From the human T2T-CHM13v2.0 reference genome, Homo sapiens: a stretch of DNA of 64,000 nt. How positions within the stretch are numbered: the first letter of the stretch is position 1; each line of letters starts with the position of its first letter. The translations under genes and the position numbers were made by a program. Shown here in pieces: positions 25,723 through 41,921 of the stretch. The stretch is from assembly GCF_009914755.1 (NCBI RefSeq), contig NC_060928.1. The stretch is one strand, 5' to 3'. The notes below the pieces were generated by a model. It saw nothing but the letters and a program-made list of their open reading frames with translations. It was not told the DNA's origin and made no database searches.

Positions 25723-25800
25723 CTATGTCTGTGTGTGTGTGCATCTCTGTGTGTTTGTGTGTCTGTGTGTGTGCGTGTGTGTGTGCGTGCGTGCGTGTGT
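25686..25800. repeat. Imperfect (TG)n microsatellite
   Basis: ~115 bp TG-rich tract. Confidence 0.95.
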
Positions 25801-26154
25801 TTTTCCTTTCCCAAAGGAAGGCTTTCAACTTTGAAAACTTCATGAAGTGTTTTTTGGCATAATTTCCCAAATGGCTGTGGAATATGTGAAATATTCCTTA
25901 TTTCTCTATGGTGACAAACTATAAAGTAGTCCTTTTACCTTTAAAGACAGAGGGACATGGTGTCTATAGCTTTGCCTTGACGTTCTGCAGAGCAATTACT
26001 ATAATAGTTTCAGGTATTGAAGATATTTTAAAGAATAAATTTCAAATTTGTAACCTAAATTTAGGAGACTACTTGGTTCACTGGTCATCTGTATATTTGA
26101 AGAAATTTTTAATATTGTTATATTTGTTTTCTTATTTTAAAATATTTAATTGTC

Positions 26155-26470
26155 AGCCAGGCATGGTGGCTCATTCCTGTAATCTCAGAGCTTTGGAAGG
26201 TCAAGGCAGGAGGATCACTTGAGGACAGGATTTCAAAACCAGCCTGGGAAATATAGCGAGACTGTCTACACACACACACACAAAAAAAAAAAAAAAATTA
26301 AGAGGGTGTGGTAGCGTGCACCTATAGTCCTAGCTACTTGAAAGGCTGAGGCAGGAGGTTCCCTTGAGACCAGGTGTTCAAGTCTGCAGTGAGCTATAAT
26401 CATGCCACTGAACTCCAGACTGGGTGACAGAAGGAGGCCCTATCTGTAAATAAATAAATAAAGAAATTTA
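26155..26470 (+). mobile_element. AluJ inserted in the tail of an L1
   Basis: J diagnostics; TSD aaatatttaattgtca / aaatatgtaattgtca; (CA)n in the linker. Confidence 0.9.
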
Positions 26471-26489
26471 TTTAAAGTAAGTAAAAATA

Positions 26490-27345
26490 AAATATGTAAT
26501 TGTCAAATAAAGATTGAACATATTCAAAGTAAACAACATGATTATTTGATACACATATATTGTGTAACAATTACCACAAATGAATTAAAACATCCGCCAC
26601 TCGCCCTGCTATGATCAGCTCCCACAACATATTGATATTATACATAACTAAACGTTTTGTATCTTTTGACTAACATCTCTCCATTCCACTTCCAGTCACT
26701 GGCAACCACCATTTTACTTTCTGCTTCTCTGAGTTTAACATTTATAGATTCCACATGTAAGTGAAACCACACAATATTTGTCTTTCTGTGTCTGGCTTAT
26801 TTTACTTAGCATAATGTCTCCCAAGTTCATCCATGTTGCCAATGAGATAGGATTTCTTTCTCTTTTTATGGTTGAATAATATTCCATTGTATATATGAAC
26901 CACAGTTTCTTTATCTGTTCATCTATTGGTGGACACTTGGGCTGTTTCCACGTCTTGGCTATTGGAAATAACGCCGCAGTGAATATAAGGGAGCAGACAT
27001 CTCCTCAGGATATTGATTTTATTTCCTTTTGATATGTACCCAGAAGTGGGATTGCTGGATCGCATGGTGGTTCCATTTGGTAGTCTCATTCTAATGGTAA
27101 TTCCATTTTAATTTTTGGAGGCACCTCCATACTGTTTTCCATAATGGCTGCAACAGTCTATATTCCCACCAAGTGTGCAAAGGTTCCCTTTTATAGCCCT
27201 TCTAACAGGAGGGAGATATATCTCATTGTGATTTTGATTTGCATTTCTCTGATGATTCATGATGTCGAGCACTTTTGCATACACCTGTTGGCCATTTGTA
27301 TGTCTTGTATGGAAAATGTCTATTCAGGTTCTTTGCTCATTTGCT
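26490..27345 (-). mobile_element. L1MA-like 3' end
   Basis: ggcaaccaccattttactttctgcttc...ttgtctttctgtgtctggcttattttacttagcataatg...gaagtgggattgctggatc. Confidence 0.88.
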
Positions 27346-27942
27346 GCAACTTTCACCATTTCTCTGTAAGCCTTTGGTCTCAGCGTATGAAGCATGATGA
27401 TGTTCAGTGTGTTCTCTTCCTTCCCAAACTTCATAGCATTCTGAATAATACACCTTTATTCTATTTGAAAATGTTTGGAAATTCGCCAGTCAGAAAGACA
27501 GCAGAGTGTCATAAAACAAAGGATTGAGAACATTTAGAAATGTTCTCACTTCCTTAAAAAACTTTATCTCTGCTAAATACCAAATGTGCATGGCAATTCA
27601 CGTACACAGCTCTTGGCGCATTCTCCTTAACCTTTGATGCATCTTGGCGTCATTTACCCTCCATGTTTATTGAGCACTGGGATGCTCCAGGCACTCTGAG
27701 AGCTGCTGTGAAGAAAGCAAGAGCCAGACAAGACCCCTGCGCCCATGCCCCTGATGCTCTAGTGAAGGTGAAGGCAACAGACAAATAAACAAGCAAACCA
27801 ACACAATAGTCACAGGTTTGTCTCAGTGCTCTGAAGGAAATCAACAGGCGCTTTGGTAGAAAATGCTGTGTCAACTAGGTGGTCAAGAAGCTTGCTCTGA
27901 GGAAATGAGATTTAAGCCAAGACGTGAAGAATGATGTAGTCC

Positions 27943-28730
<788 letters not shown>

Positions 28731-29010
28731 GGTACCAACTTCACCGAAGCAGAGGAAAGAGTGGGGCCAGAGGTCTGGGAAGCAAGAGGGTCTGGCAATA
28801 TTCTGGGAACAGACAGGAAATGACTGATTTCAGAGTTGTGTGACAGAAAGAGGACAGGGATGTGGTGAACAGGTGGGAGACACCAGAATAAGGGGTTTGC
28901 ATTTTATTTTAAGAGCAATAGGAAGACTTTAAAGGGTTCTAAATAAGATCGACTTGTGGTTTTAAAAACTGACACTATACATTTCCCAGTTGTCTCTGCA
29001 ACATCAATGA

Positions 29011-29337
<327 letters not shown>

Positions 29338-29599
29338 AGTCGTTGATTTCTTAGAGGAATTTTCAACTGTTCTTTATTGCCCTCTCAGTCTATTGCATGA
29401 CACATTTGTAACACTCTAAAACAATTCAGTCTTTTTAATTCTATTTTTGAATTCCTAAGTCAAAATATTTATTCCCCTTTAACTTTCTCTCCAATTTCCA
29501 TTTCCACAAATAAATAAAATTAATTAATGTTCTTTTACCAAACACGCCCACACAAATACACAACAACTTTAAAAAGAAAAAAAAAAAACAAGCTAGGCC

Positions 29600-30360
29600 A
29601 GGCCAGGTGTGTGTGATGGTTCGCGTGTATAATCCCAGCACTTGGGAGGCCAAGGCAAGAGGATTGCTTGAGACCAGGAGTTCGAGACCAGCCTGAGCAA
29701 CACAGATAGACCCCGTCTCTACAAAAAAATTACAAAAATCAGCTGGGCGTGGTGGCTCGAGCCTGTGGTCTCAGCTACATGGGAGGCTTAGATGGGAGGA
29801 TTTATTGAGCCCAGGAGTTCAAAGCTGCAGTGAGCCGTGACCATGTCCCCAAAATGCCAGGGGTTCAGTCTAGGTCCCGCTGCTCACCTCACAGAAAGCC
29901 AATCACCAATCACTAAGCAACAATTATTGCCAAGGAAGAAGGCTTTCATCGGGTGTTGCAGCCAAGGAGATGGGAGATCAGTCTTAAATCCATCTCCCTG
30001 GCCACTAAAATTAGGGGTTTATGTAGCAGGGAAGATGTGTAATAATGTGTAAGAAAGCAGGAACTAGGGAGGGGCAAGGAAGCAATCATGATGAATGAGG
30101 GCCTGGCATCTCATTGTCTGGATATGATTAGCTGGTAAGTTTCAGTTCTTAGGTACTTTTTGCCAGACCTGGAGGTCCTTTCCTGAGGAAGAAGCTCAGA
30201 TAAAACAAATGTAAATTTCAAGCTTTAAGACCAGAAGGATCAATTGATACGGTTTTCCAAGAAAAAAACTGTCTATGGAACTATTGGGTCGGTTTCAGTG
30301 GTGTCACAGTACTCTAGCCTGGGCAACAGAGCAAGACCTTGTCTCAAAAAAAAGAAGAAG
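29600..30360 (+). mobile_element. AluJ interrupted by an LTR
   Basis: Alu runs to gcagtgagccgtgacca (29843) and resumes at 30298 as gtggtgtcacagtactctagcctgggcaac. Confidence 0.85.
29844..30297 (-). mobile_element. Solo ERV LTR (LTR47-like, family tentative)
   Basis: TG...CA termini (tgtcccc...ggtttca), 454 bp, gccaggggttcagtctaggtcccgctgctc. Confidence 0.75.
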
Positions 30361-30479
30361 AAGTATATTCAACTGTGGATTTCAGGCACACACTATTTTC
30401 CTCATTCCATCTTGAATGAACAGTAATAATTTTCAGAGATTGTGTCACCACAAAACCAACATTCATTTCAAACTTGTAA

Positions 30480-30781
<302 letters not shown>

Positions 30782-31425
30782 AGCACTTTTTTGATTTCTA
30801 AAAATTTTCAGATTTTTCCATCAGAAACTCCTTATGTGATAAATGGTTTCTGCGAAACTGAATTTTTGTTGGCAAAACAATCAGCATAAGTAAAATTTGA
30901 ATGTGCTGTAATTTGAAAGAAAATACTGGTTTCAACAGCCCGTCATATATTTTCTCAACCTGAAACTGTGGATTCTGGCTTTAGGCACCGCTCCTTTCCA
31001 AACAAAGAAGGTCTGCTTTTTTCTGTCTTACATATTGAAGTTCTGGGTAGGATGTCATTTAGGAAAAAGATTATGTTGCTTAAAAATATAGGAAAAAAAA
31101 TCAAAGTCTTTAATATCAACTATTAGTTTCACTTCATTTCAAATAATTGGAGAGAAGAAAGAAAATGCAGCCAAACATGACTGAAATGCTGTAAGACTGA
31201 AGGAGAGAAGAAACAGTACTGCAAACAGGAGAAGGCTTGGCCAGCATCACCTTAGTTAGCAAGATTGTGTTGGGCAGCCAGGCAGAGCCAGCCACTTATG
31301 AGATACCCACATTACAGGGCCATCATCGTCAAACTATGCTCAAAATGCCTCCACTTTTCTTTAGTTGTATTTCCTATCTTGATAAGATCTTTTGGTCTTT
31401 CCAATGATGTAGAATGTGCCACGGG

Positions 31426-31774
31426 TGCTACTAGCCAGGGCAGTCTTCACAGTTGGTAAAGGATTTACCAGGATAGTTGTAGGTAAAAAAAAAAAAAAAG
31501 GCAGATTTTTTAGAGAAAGTATGAAAAAAGTATGAAAATATGTTGCAAGGTTGCAACAGGCAGCACAGCAGAGAAGGGGCTGTCTGCAAAGAAACAGGCT
31601 GGAGGGAAGTCTAATAGGGTCATGCTGGAAGGGCTACCTACAAAACAGATGTCGTTGTGCCCACCGATGTTTGTGATTAGCCATCTCTCCCAACTGTTCA
31701 TTGTTCTTCTCCACTTGGGGCCCTCCCCAACATGGGGCCCCTTCCTCCTTGTTACTTACTTATCCAGACTCCAC
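31426..31774 (-). mobile_element. Solo ERV LTR (LTR32-like, tentative)
   Basis: tgctac...ggcagattttttagagaaagtatg...ggggccccttcctccttgttacttacttatccagactccaca; TG...CA ends. Confidence 0.6.
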
Positions 31775-32192
31775 ACAACCAACAGCATTATGGCCGCTTG
31801 TTTCACAATGTGTGCAGTGGATGTCACACTGTTATGACAGTTTCTGACAAACCTTTTTTGCTGATGGAGAAATTGGAGGAATGTTATCCCTCATTCTATC
31901 ATCTCTCACAATGCTTAGAAATATCTTACCACACAGATATCTTTTCATTTGTTGATACTTTTGCCGATTATGAACTTAAGCATGTTAGTTGGAAATATTT
32001 CTGCTATACATTGAGAGTAAAAGGAACAGAGTATGACCACCGTAAAGATGGGCACATACATGAAACCACAGGGAAGTACATCAAAACATTAACAGTGGGT
32101 GTCTCTGAGTGATGGGCTATGGGTGATTCTTTTTCCTATTGGAAAGTTAACATTTTTGAGAACAGATTTGACTTTTATTAAGACAAAATGCT

Positions 32193-32841
<649 letters not shown>

Positions 32842-33587
32842 CTATTTCCTGATATGCTTATGATTTTTTATATTCACTGGCTGTAATGCCTAGCTGTTTT
32901 TTCTACCATGCTTCAAAACAGAAAGCACTGATTAACATGTCTTTTAAGAATTTTTAAATCTAGATAGATGATAATTTTTTCCTACAAATGCTGTATAGTT
33001 TCTCCCAGTCTTTCATTTCATCAAAATACTTCCTTTTTAGAAGTATTTGTTTTTACCTTAGCAGTTCAAATACTGACTCTCCAAAGGAACTTATAATAAC
33101 ATATAAGAACAAACTTTCTGGGATTCAGTGCTCCCAAAGTATAAAAATAATGTATCAATTAATGTGTGACCAGCTCAATAGCTATTAATAAATCATACAT
33201 CCCATGCTCATCATAAGTATCTAAATAACATTTTGTTTTGATGAATATCATGTTTTAAATATACTTAAGAATTCTGAGAAATGTGTAACAACTAAAGTGT
33301 CTTCTCTAATTGTAAATTTCATTTCGCTTACATTAAATTTCAATTACTATATTCTTAGCAATCAAATTCAAATTCTTAAATCTCAAAAATGAATGAGGAC
33401 TCAAAGAAAAACATCAGACATCTATGTTAAATTTGTTCTTCGGCTTTCTTTCCGGCACTTTCATATTTACTTATCATATTGCCTACTTCACTTGCTCAAT
33501 GTCCATACCCAGCCAGATCGGCAGAAGAGGAAAGACAAGAATATCTTGTTTGAGGGCAATGACGGAAAGGATCTCTCCCCTTCTCTG

Positions 33588-33680
33588 TCTCTCACACACA
33601 CGCAGACACACACACACACAGACACACACGAGACACACAGACACACACACGCAGACACACACGCAGACACACACGCACAC
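33588..33680. repeat. (CA)n/(CAGA) compound microsatellite
   Basis: cacacacacgcagacacacacacacacagacacac... Confidence 0.93.
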
Positions 33681-34416
33681 AGAGTAGAGGAGGGCTCTTC
33701 TGCCCAGATCCTCATTTGGAATTCAGAACATTTTTTCCCACAGAAATAATAAGAAACTGTAATATTATAAGTACATAGTTCAGCTTCATTATGGGTTAAA
33801 AGAAGGGTTTGTGGGCTGGCATGAGAATACACCAGTTTATAACATTGTATACTTGGGAAAATTTCATTCTGAAGTCTAAACTGCTATTTTTTAGAAGAAA
33901 CTGTTAGAGCACCCTGGGATGTGTGGGCCTGGGACTGTTTGCCTTTGGCACGGCTATGCTCCGAGCTTTGGAGGAGCCAAGGAAGAAAGGCCTAGTTCCT
34001 GATCTTAAGGCCTTTGCAGTGTGCATTGGGAGACATAGACTGCAATGAAAAGATCATTATTGCAAGAGACAAATGGCATGGAGCCACATTCCCAGGTAAC
34101 ATTTTAGTACATTCATCTATGTATTCATTCAAAATCATTGACTGTATAGTATTATATAGTATAGGGCTTCCCAGCTTCATAGTTTAATTATCTTTCTTTT
34201 AATCTCTTTCATTAATATATTTTAAATGTTTTTCTAAAATAAATAATACATAATTATAGTAGAACATTAGAGCACTACAGACTTATTTGTAGTGACAAAA
34301 TCACTAGGAAAAACTTGAATGTCTGTTTATAACTAAGTGATTGAATTAACTGTGGTTGATCCACTCTCTGGAATGTTATGTACCAACAAAAATGAACAAA
34401 TTGAGAATATCTGTTG

Positions 34417-34730
34417 ACTGGGTGCAGTGGCTCACACCTGTAATCCCAGCACTTTGGGAGGCCAAGCTGGGTGGACGGCTTGAGCTCAGGAGTTTGAGAC
34501 CAGCCTGGGCAACTTGGTGAAATCCCGTCTCTACAAAAATACAAAAAAAAAAAAAAAAAAAAAAAATTAGCTGTGTTGATGGCATGCACCTGTAGTCCCA
34601 ACTATTTAGGAGGCTGAACTGGGGGGATCACTTGAACCCGGGAAACAGAGGTTGCAGTAAGCCAAGAGTGCACCAATGCACTTCGGCTTATGCGACAGAG
34701 TGAGATCTTGTCTCAAAAAGAAAAAAAAAA
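34417..34730 (+). mobile_element. AluJb-like
   Basis: gcttgagctcaggag, cctgggcaac; TSD atctgttga / atctgtcga. Confidence 0.9.
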
Positions 34731-35029
34731 TCTGTCGATCTAGAAAGAGGACAGGATGTATTGTAGAATGAAAGTCAAGGTGCAAAGAAATGTTCATATT
34801 ATAATCTCCTTTTTGCAAAGGCAACAGTGACACCCCCCAAAAAGTTTGAATTAAAAAAAGATAGAAAGGTGGACATGCCAAGCTATTAATATTGGTTACC
34901 TTGACGACAGGTCGGTTATTAATTCTTCTTATATTGAAAAAAGTAAAATTTTTAAAACAAAATGAAAATGTGAAAATGAAAAAAATTAAAGAGAAAATAA
35001 AATCATTAGTTTCTGATTTCTGTTTTATT

Positions 35030-35032
<3 letters not shown>

Positions 35033-35073
<41 letters not shown>
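35033..35073. repeat. Pure (GT)~20 microsatellite
   Basis: Uninterrupted gtgtgt tract. Confidence 0.97.
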
Positions 35074-35074
<1 letters not shown>

Positions 35075-35157
35075 CCTGCCCTGGGCAATTAATTATAATT
35101 TTTTTTTTACTGCCAACTATGTTTATATCACTTCAAGGGCCTTCTGGCAGAAGTCCC

Positions 35158-35458
35158 TTTTTTTGTTTGTTTTTTCGAGACAGAGCCTGGCTCTGTTGCT
35201 CAGGCTGGAGTTCAGTGGTGCAGTCGGAGGTCACTGCAGCCTCGACTTCCCAGGCTCAAGTGATCCTCCCACTTCAGCCTCCCGAGCAGCTGAGACCACA
35301 GGCATGTGCCACCACACCTGGCTAATTTTTTGTATTTTTTGTAGAGACAGAGTTTCACCATGTTGCCCAGGCTGGTCTCAAACTCCTGAGCTCAAACCAT
35401 CACCCACCTCGGCTTCCCAAAGTGCTGGGATTACAGGCGTGAGCCACCACATCTGACC
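35158..35458 (-). mobile_element. AluJ
   Basis: cactgcagcctcgacttcccaggctcaagtgatcctccc. Confidence 0.9.
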
Positions 35459-36600
35459 GCGGGAGTCCTTTTACCCAAAGCCACCCAACAGACCCACGCA
35501 GAGACTTTTAACCAGCAATCGTCTCAGTTCCCTCTGAGGCTGCCGGCTCTCCCTGTGACAGCAGCCCATCTTAGCCCTTCCTGTGTATCTCTGCTGCCTA
35601 AAGGATGAGAGTTTCCTAAAGTGTAGAACTGTGAGGGGTGGAGGGACATTCCTCTCATGCTGGCCTGAATCCTGCACCTACTCTGGAGGTCTTTTGCCTT
35701 GTACCATGGAGTTCGCCTACATCACCTTGGAGAACCGACCCAGCACCTTCCAGGCCGGCTGGATGCATCCCCAGGAAGGAAGCCGCTGGTGGGGCCGGTC
35801 GCACTGAGTGCGCTTGGAGAACAAAGTGCTGTGTACATTTCTGCTCAACACTACTCTAAGCCCACAGCGCCAGTTCAGAGGCTTTGGGAAGAGCAGGTGC
35901 CTTCATCCAGTTTCCACTGTACCTCTTCTGAGGTACAGGAGATAGAGGTCCCTCATTTCAAGGTGACACTGGCATCAGTCAAGCACAGAGCTAACCAACT
36001 GCCAATCGTAAACAAGGAAGCCAGTGAGGACGCCCAAGGAAAGGCTCAGAAAGCTTCCGCCAGGGAGTGGGATTTGAGCTCTACCTTACAGAACAGGTTG
36101 AAAATAAAGAGCAGAGTAATCAAAAGTAGATTTATGTGTGTATATGTATCTGTTGCTAATATCCAGCCTTAAAAATCCTTGACAGTGGCCTTCAGACTTA
36201 AACATCTTCTCACTCCACCGAGAGCACCAATCTGACAAACGCATTCGGTCCTCTAGTCCAATCCAGCTCAGTTTTCAAGCCAAGGGGATTTTGCTGAATT
36301 ATATATTCAAGATATCAGTAGAGTTATAAAAGAAGGGTTGTTTCCCAGTTAAATTAGGGATGGTAGGAGGAATCCTAGATCCAACATGTGGAAGAAATAT
36401 GTGCATTTAATCAAATCTCTAAGACAGCTCTTCAGCCTCTGAAAGCATAGATGGAAAACTATCTCCTTGTGATACTTTAACAGATTCCTTAGGAACGAAA
36501 GAGAAAAGTTACAGTCAGTAACTTTTCATGTCAGTGCCCGCAGACATGAATTCCTTGGCCCCTCTTATAGCATTCATCAGTGGATGGGCTGACGTAATGA

Positions 36601-36965
<365 letters not shown>

Positions 36966-38171
36966 TTATTTGTTAACTCAGTGTTTCACGTGCGAGTTAA
37001 TTTAATTACATGGCTATGCCTATTCCGTAACACCAAACATCTGGTGAAAACTAACGAAGACAATGTCTAATATCCAGATGTTTACCTTGTGGTCACACAG
37101 GCAGAACACCTGTGCACTAAAGTAGGATTCTACCCAGATGCTTGGTGGTATGTGTCCATAGCCCTTTTTCTATAGAATTCATCTCTTCCAGTTAGCCAAT
37201 GTAAAGCCCAAAGTAGATTAAAAGTTTGTTTATCTCTAACTTTAGGTTTTAAACTTTAAAAAACAAAGGAACTACAGAAATCCATGATATGGTGAGCCAT
37301 GTTTTCTGCTATGAAAATGTAAGAGACCTGGTTTCAGAATGGCAGAGTAAAGACATACTCACCGGCTGCCCTGTCTCAAAAATAACTCAGAAACAGCAAG
37401 GAGAACAAGTCACGGAAATACACCCCATCCTTAGGAAACTAAGAAATATCTGTAAACATGAAATGAGAAGACACAATTTTGGAAGAAGGATAAATATTTA
37501 AGGTCATGGATATCCCAGTTACCCTGATTTGATCTTTGCACATGTATGAATGCAACAAATTATCACATGTACCCCCCAAAATATGTACATCTATTATGTG
37601 TCAATGAGGAAAAAAGAATTTGGAAAAAGGAATGACAAATGACTTAGCAGAGAGAAAGAAAGTCAAACCTCATTCCCCACAAAGGGAGTTGAGGGGCTTT
37701 CTATGGGAAGTGAGCTAATTTTCCACATAGAATCTTCAAAGGCAAGGCACAGGAACAGGGGAAACTGAACAGAAGGACAGCAGGATTAAGCTAATAGGGA
37801 ACAGTTAAGTCTCTCCAATTCTCAACCTCCATCCAGTTCTCAAGTGGCTGGTTGACTCCTCTTGCTGCAGATACTGAAGAGGACAAAAATGGAGTTTTTT
37901 CCAGGCAAAAGAATTGAGGAACAGTCAGCTTAGTAAATAGTGAGATATCTCCATCCCCCTCCCACTGCTCAGACCCAGAAAAGCAACCAAAGTAAAATCC
38001 TCAGAAAAGAAATTGCAGGATGCTATGCCAGAGAAAATACTTGCAAACTCATGATATGTGGAGACCCTCAATTTTCCTCAGTGGAGCTGGTCCCTCAATT
38101 TTCCTCAACGAAGGCCACCAGCATCATAAGCCCAACACATGTACACAGAGCTTTCTGGTCAGCCTTTTTGA

Positions 38172-38345
<174 letters not shown>

Positions 38346-38644
38346 TTGGTGCCTTACTTTTAAAAAGTGACCCCTCCACCCCCGGGTGAAGAGACACTCA
38401 AGGAAAAACTCTTACATGACCAATATGAAAACAAACAGAATAGAAGAACCAGAAAAAAGCAAGACGATACAAGGAAAAAGACTGCAAAAAAACTTTAATT
38501 AACCTCATTAGTGATATGAGAGAACATATTGCATCTGTGAAATAAGAGCAAAGTAATATAAAAATGAATAAGTAGAGAACAAAGAAAAGCTCTTAGAAAT
38601 AAAAATATGATAGAAATTTAAAATTCAATAGAATAATTGGAAGA

Positions 38645-39010
38645 TGATATGATTTGACTCTGTGTCCCCACCCATATCTCATCTCAAATTGTAATCCCCA
38701 CGTGTCGAGGGAGGGACCTGGTGGGAGGTGATTAGATCATGGGGGTGGTTTCCCACATGCTGTACTTGTGTTAGTGACGGAGTTCTCACAAGATCTGATG
38801 GTTTAAAAGGATGGCACTTCTCCCTTTGTTCTCTCTCTCTCCTGCTGCCATGTAAGGCCTGCCTTGCTTTCCCTTCACCTTCCACCATAATTGTAAGTTT
38901 CCTGAGGTCTCCCCAGCCATGCATAACTGTGAGTCAAATAAACCTCTTTCATTCATAAATTACCCAGTCTCAGGTAGTTATTTATGGCAATGTGAAAGTG
39001 GACTCATACA
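38645..39010 (+). mobile_element. THE1D-like solo LTR
   Basis: tgatatgatttgactctgtgtccccaccc...ccccacgtgtcgagggagggacctgg...ggactcataca; TSD gaaga / gaagg. Confidence 0.9.
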
Positions 39011-39329
39011 GAAGGTAAGGTCAAGTAAATCTCATATAAGATATAAGGAAATAATAAAGAAATGGGCAGTATCCAAAACAAACAAATGAAAGAAAGAACC
39101 AAGGAAAATGGAGGCTCAATCCAAGGGATCCAATATCCAACGGAAATTCCAGAAAATGAAAATTTAGATGACAATAGACAGGAAGTTAGCAAAGACATAA
39201 GAACGTTTCCTAAAAAATTTCCAAGAGCATGATTTTCCAAATTTAAAAGGCATCCCAATGTATAGCACAACATTAGAATGAAGATCAGAAGTGGAGATTA
39301 AGACCATCATCACGATAAAAACTAAAGGG

Positions 39330-40390
39330 ACCGTTGGCCATGAGAGAGTAAAAGCACTGGACTTGAAATCCTGGAGAAAACAACTAGAAAACTGGACAAA
39401 ACATATAAAGCAATTATTTTCAGGCATTAAGTAATAAGCAGCACAAGACTATGATCCTTGAGAAGAAAGAAACAAACGAAGTAAGCCCTGTGATCATCTA
39501 TGACAGAGGCAATTTTTGTACTGCAGTTGCAATGATGGGAGGACTCAAAAAGAGCCAGGAAAGGGAGTTGAGAAAACAAACATCAGAGATCAGATAGGCT
39601 GAGGCAGCTGGAAGTTGTGAAGCAGAGTTCTGGAAGGGAAGTGATTATATAGAGTATGTCTACTTGAGCGTTTGCTGAGTATTGGGCCGTGATTATACAG
39701 AGTATGTCTACTTGAGCATTTGCTGAGTATTGGGCCGTGATTATACAGAGTATGTCTACTTGAGCGTTTGCTGAGTATTGGGCCATGTATGTGGACAACA
39801 ATATTCCACTCTGCTGGACAAAGAATGACTAAAACATGCTAAACTAAATATTCCCAGAGCTCGCATGGGCCTTAGAATTGATCGAGCTCCTGAGAGCCAG
39901 AATGGAGAGGCCTTACTGATTATCCAAGGTATTCATGTCTCTCTGGTAAGGCTGAACAATCTCTGGACTGAAAGCTATTTTAGTCTTGCCTGAGCAAAAC
40001 TAAAAAACAGGTCTCAAGGGATGACTGATCTGCAAGTATAACTGCCTGCCTAAACAAAACCAAAATATTATGAAAGTAAGATAAAAAAACAAGTAAACAA
40101 AAATCCAGACACACAACAATGTAAAATTCACAATGTCTAAAATCCAATAAAAAATTACCAAACATGTCAAAAAGTAAGAAAATATGACCCATAATCGAGA
40201 GAAAAAATCAATCAATAAAGACAATCACGGATAAAAGCCAGAGATGATAGAACTAGTAGATAAGAATATTTTTAAAGAGCTACTATGATTGTGAATGCAT
40301 ATCTCAAGGAAAATATGAAGCTAATGAGGAAATAAATGGAAGATTTTCAAAAAAGAACCAAATGAAATTTCTAAGATAAAAGTACACCAT
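39330..40390 (+). mobile_element. Old L1M 5' UTR/ORF1 region
   Basis: aacaactagaaaactggacaaaacatata...aaaattcacaatgtctaaaatccaataaaaaattaccaaacatg...aaatatgacccataatc. Confidence 0.7.
39641..39784. repeat. 48-bp unit x3, near-perfect tandem repeat
   Basis: gtgattata(t/c)agagtatgtctacttgagc(g/a)tttgctgagtattgggcc at 39641, 39689 and 39737. Confidence 0.97.
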
Positions 40391-40392
40391 CT

Positions 40393-40750
<358 letters not shown>

Positions 40751-41003
40751 TCAGATCTTGGTTTTTAAAACCATTCTCCAACAAAAGGAACCAGGCCTCC
40801 TTGGAGAAATGACTGATTTTAGGACTGGGGCAGGAAATATACAAGATGAGCCTGGAGCATCTTATAGTGCCAGAAGTTAAAAAGTGCTAATAAAAAATGG
40901 TAGTATGTAAGAAAGTGCTAAAAAGTAAAATGTCAGAGGAACACAGTAGCAAACTAAGGATAGTCAATGCTGTAAAATTTTGAGCATTAAAATAAATAAA
41001 GTA

Positions 41004-41270
41004 TAGTCATCCCTCATTATCTAAGGGCAATTAGTTTGAGGACCCCATGGATGAGGAAATTCACAGATACTCAAGTCCCTTACATAAAACAGAGCAGTAT
41101 TTGTATATAACTTATGTGCATCCTCCTGTATACAGTAAATCATCTCTAGATTACTTATAGTACATAATGCCATGTAAATTCTATGTAAATAGTTGTTATA
41201 CAGTATTTTTATTTGTATTATTTTATTGTTATTTTTTATTTTTATCTTTTTAAAAAAATACGTTCAATCT
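41004..41270. mobile_element. MER2-like TcMar-Tigger element
   Basis: agtcatccctc...gatactcaagtcccttacataaaa...aaatcatctctagattacttata. Confidence 0.75.
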
Positions 41271-41913
41271 GCAAAAATCACAAGCATTCTTTATACCAAC
41301 AACAGGCAAGCAGAGAGGCAAATCATGAATGAACTCCCATTCACAACTGCCACAAAAAGAATAAAATACCTAGGAATACAGCTAACAAGGGAAGTGAAGG
41401 ACCTCTTCAAGGAGAACTATAAACCACTGCTCAAAGAAATCAGGGAGGACACAAACAAATGGAAAAAATTCCATGCTCATGGATAAGAAGAATCAGTATC
41501 GTGAAAATGGCCATACTGCCCAAAGCAATTTATAGATTCATTGCTATCCCCATTAAACTACCATTGACATTCTTCACATAATTAGAAAAAAACTATTTTA
41601 AAATTCACATGGAACCAAAAAAGAGCCTGTATAGCCAAGACAATCCTAAGCAAAAAGAACAAAGCTGGAGGCATCACACTACCTGACTTCAAACCATGCT
41701 ACAAGGCTACAGTAACCAAAACAGCATGGTACTGGTATAAAAACAAGACACATAGACCGACGGAACAGAATAGAGATCTCAGAACTAAGACTGCATATCT
41801 ACAACCATCTGATCTTCAACAAACCTGACAAAAACAAGCAATGGGGAAAGGATTCCCTATTTAATAAATGGCACTGGGAAAACTGGCTGGCCATATGCAG
41901 AAAATTGAAACTG
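41270..41913 (+). mobile_element. Primate L1 ORF2 (RT) fragment
   Basis: Translation ...[47 protein letters not shown] is L1 ORF2p. Confidence 0.93.
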
Positions 41914-41921
41914 GGTTGGGG

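Noticed and set aside
41193-41486. 97-aa ORF as a cellular gene
   Set aside because: It is a MER2 junction fused to a dead L1 ORF2 fragment
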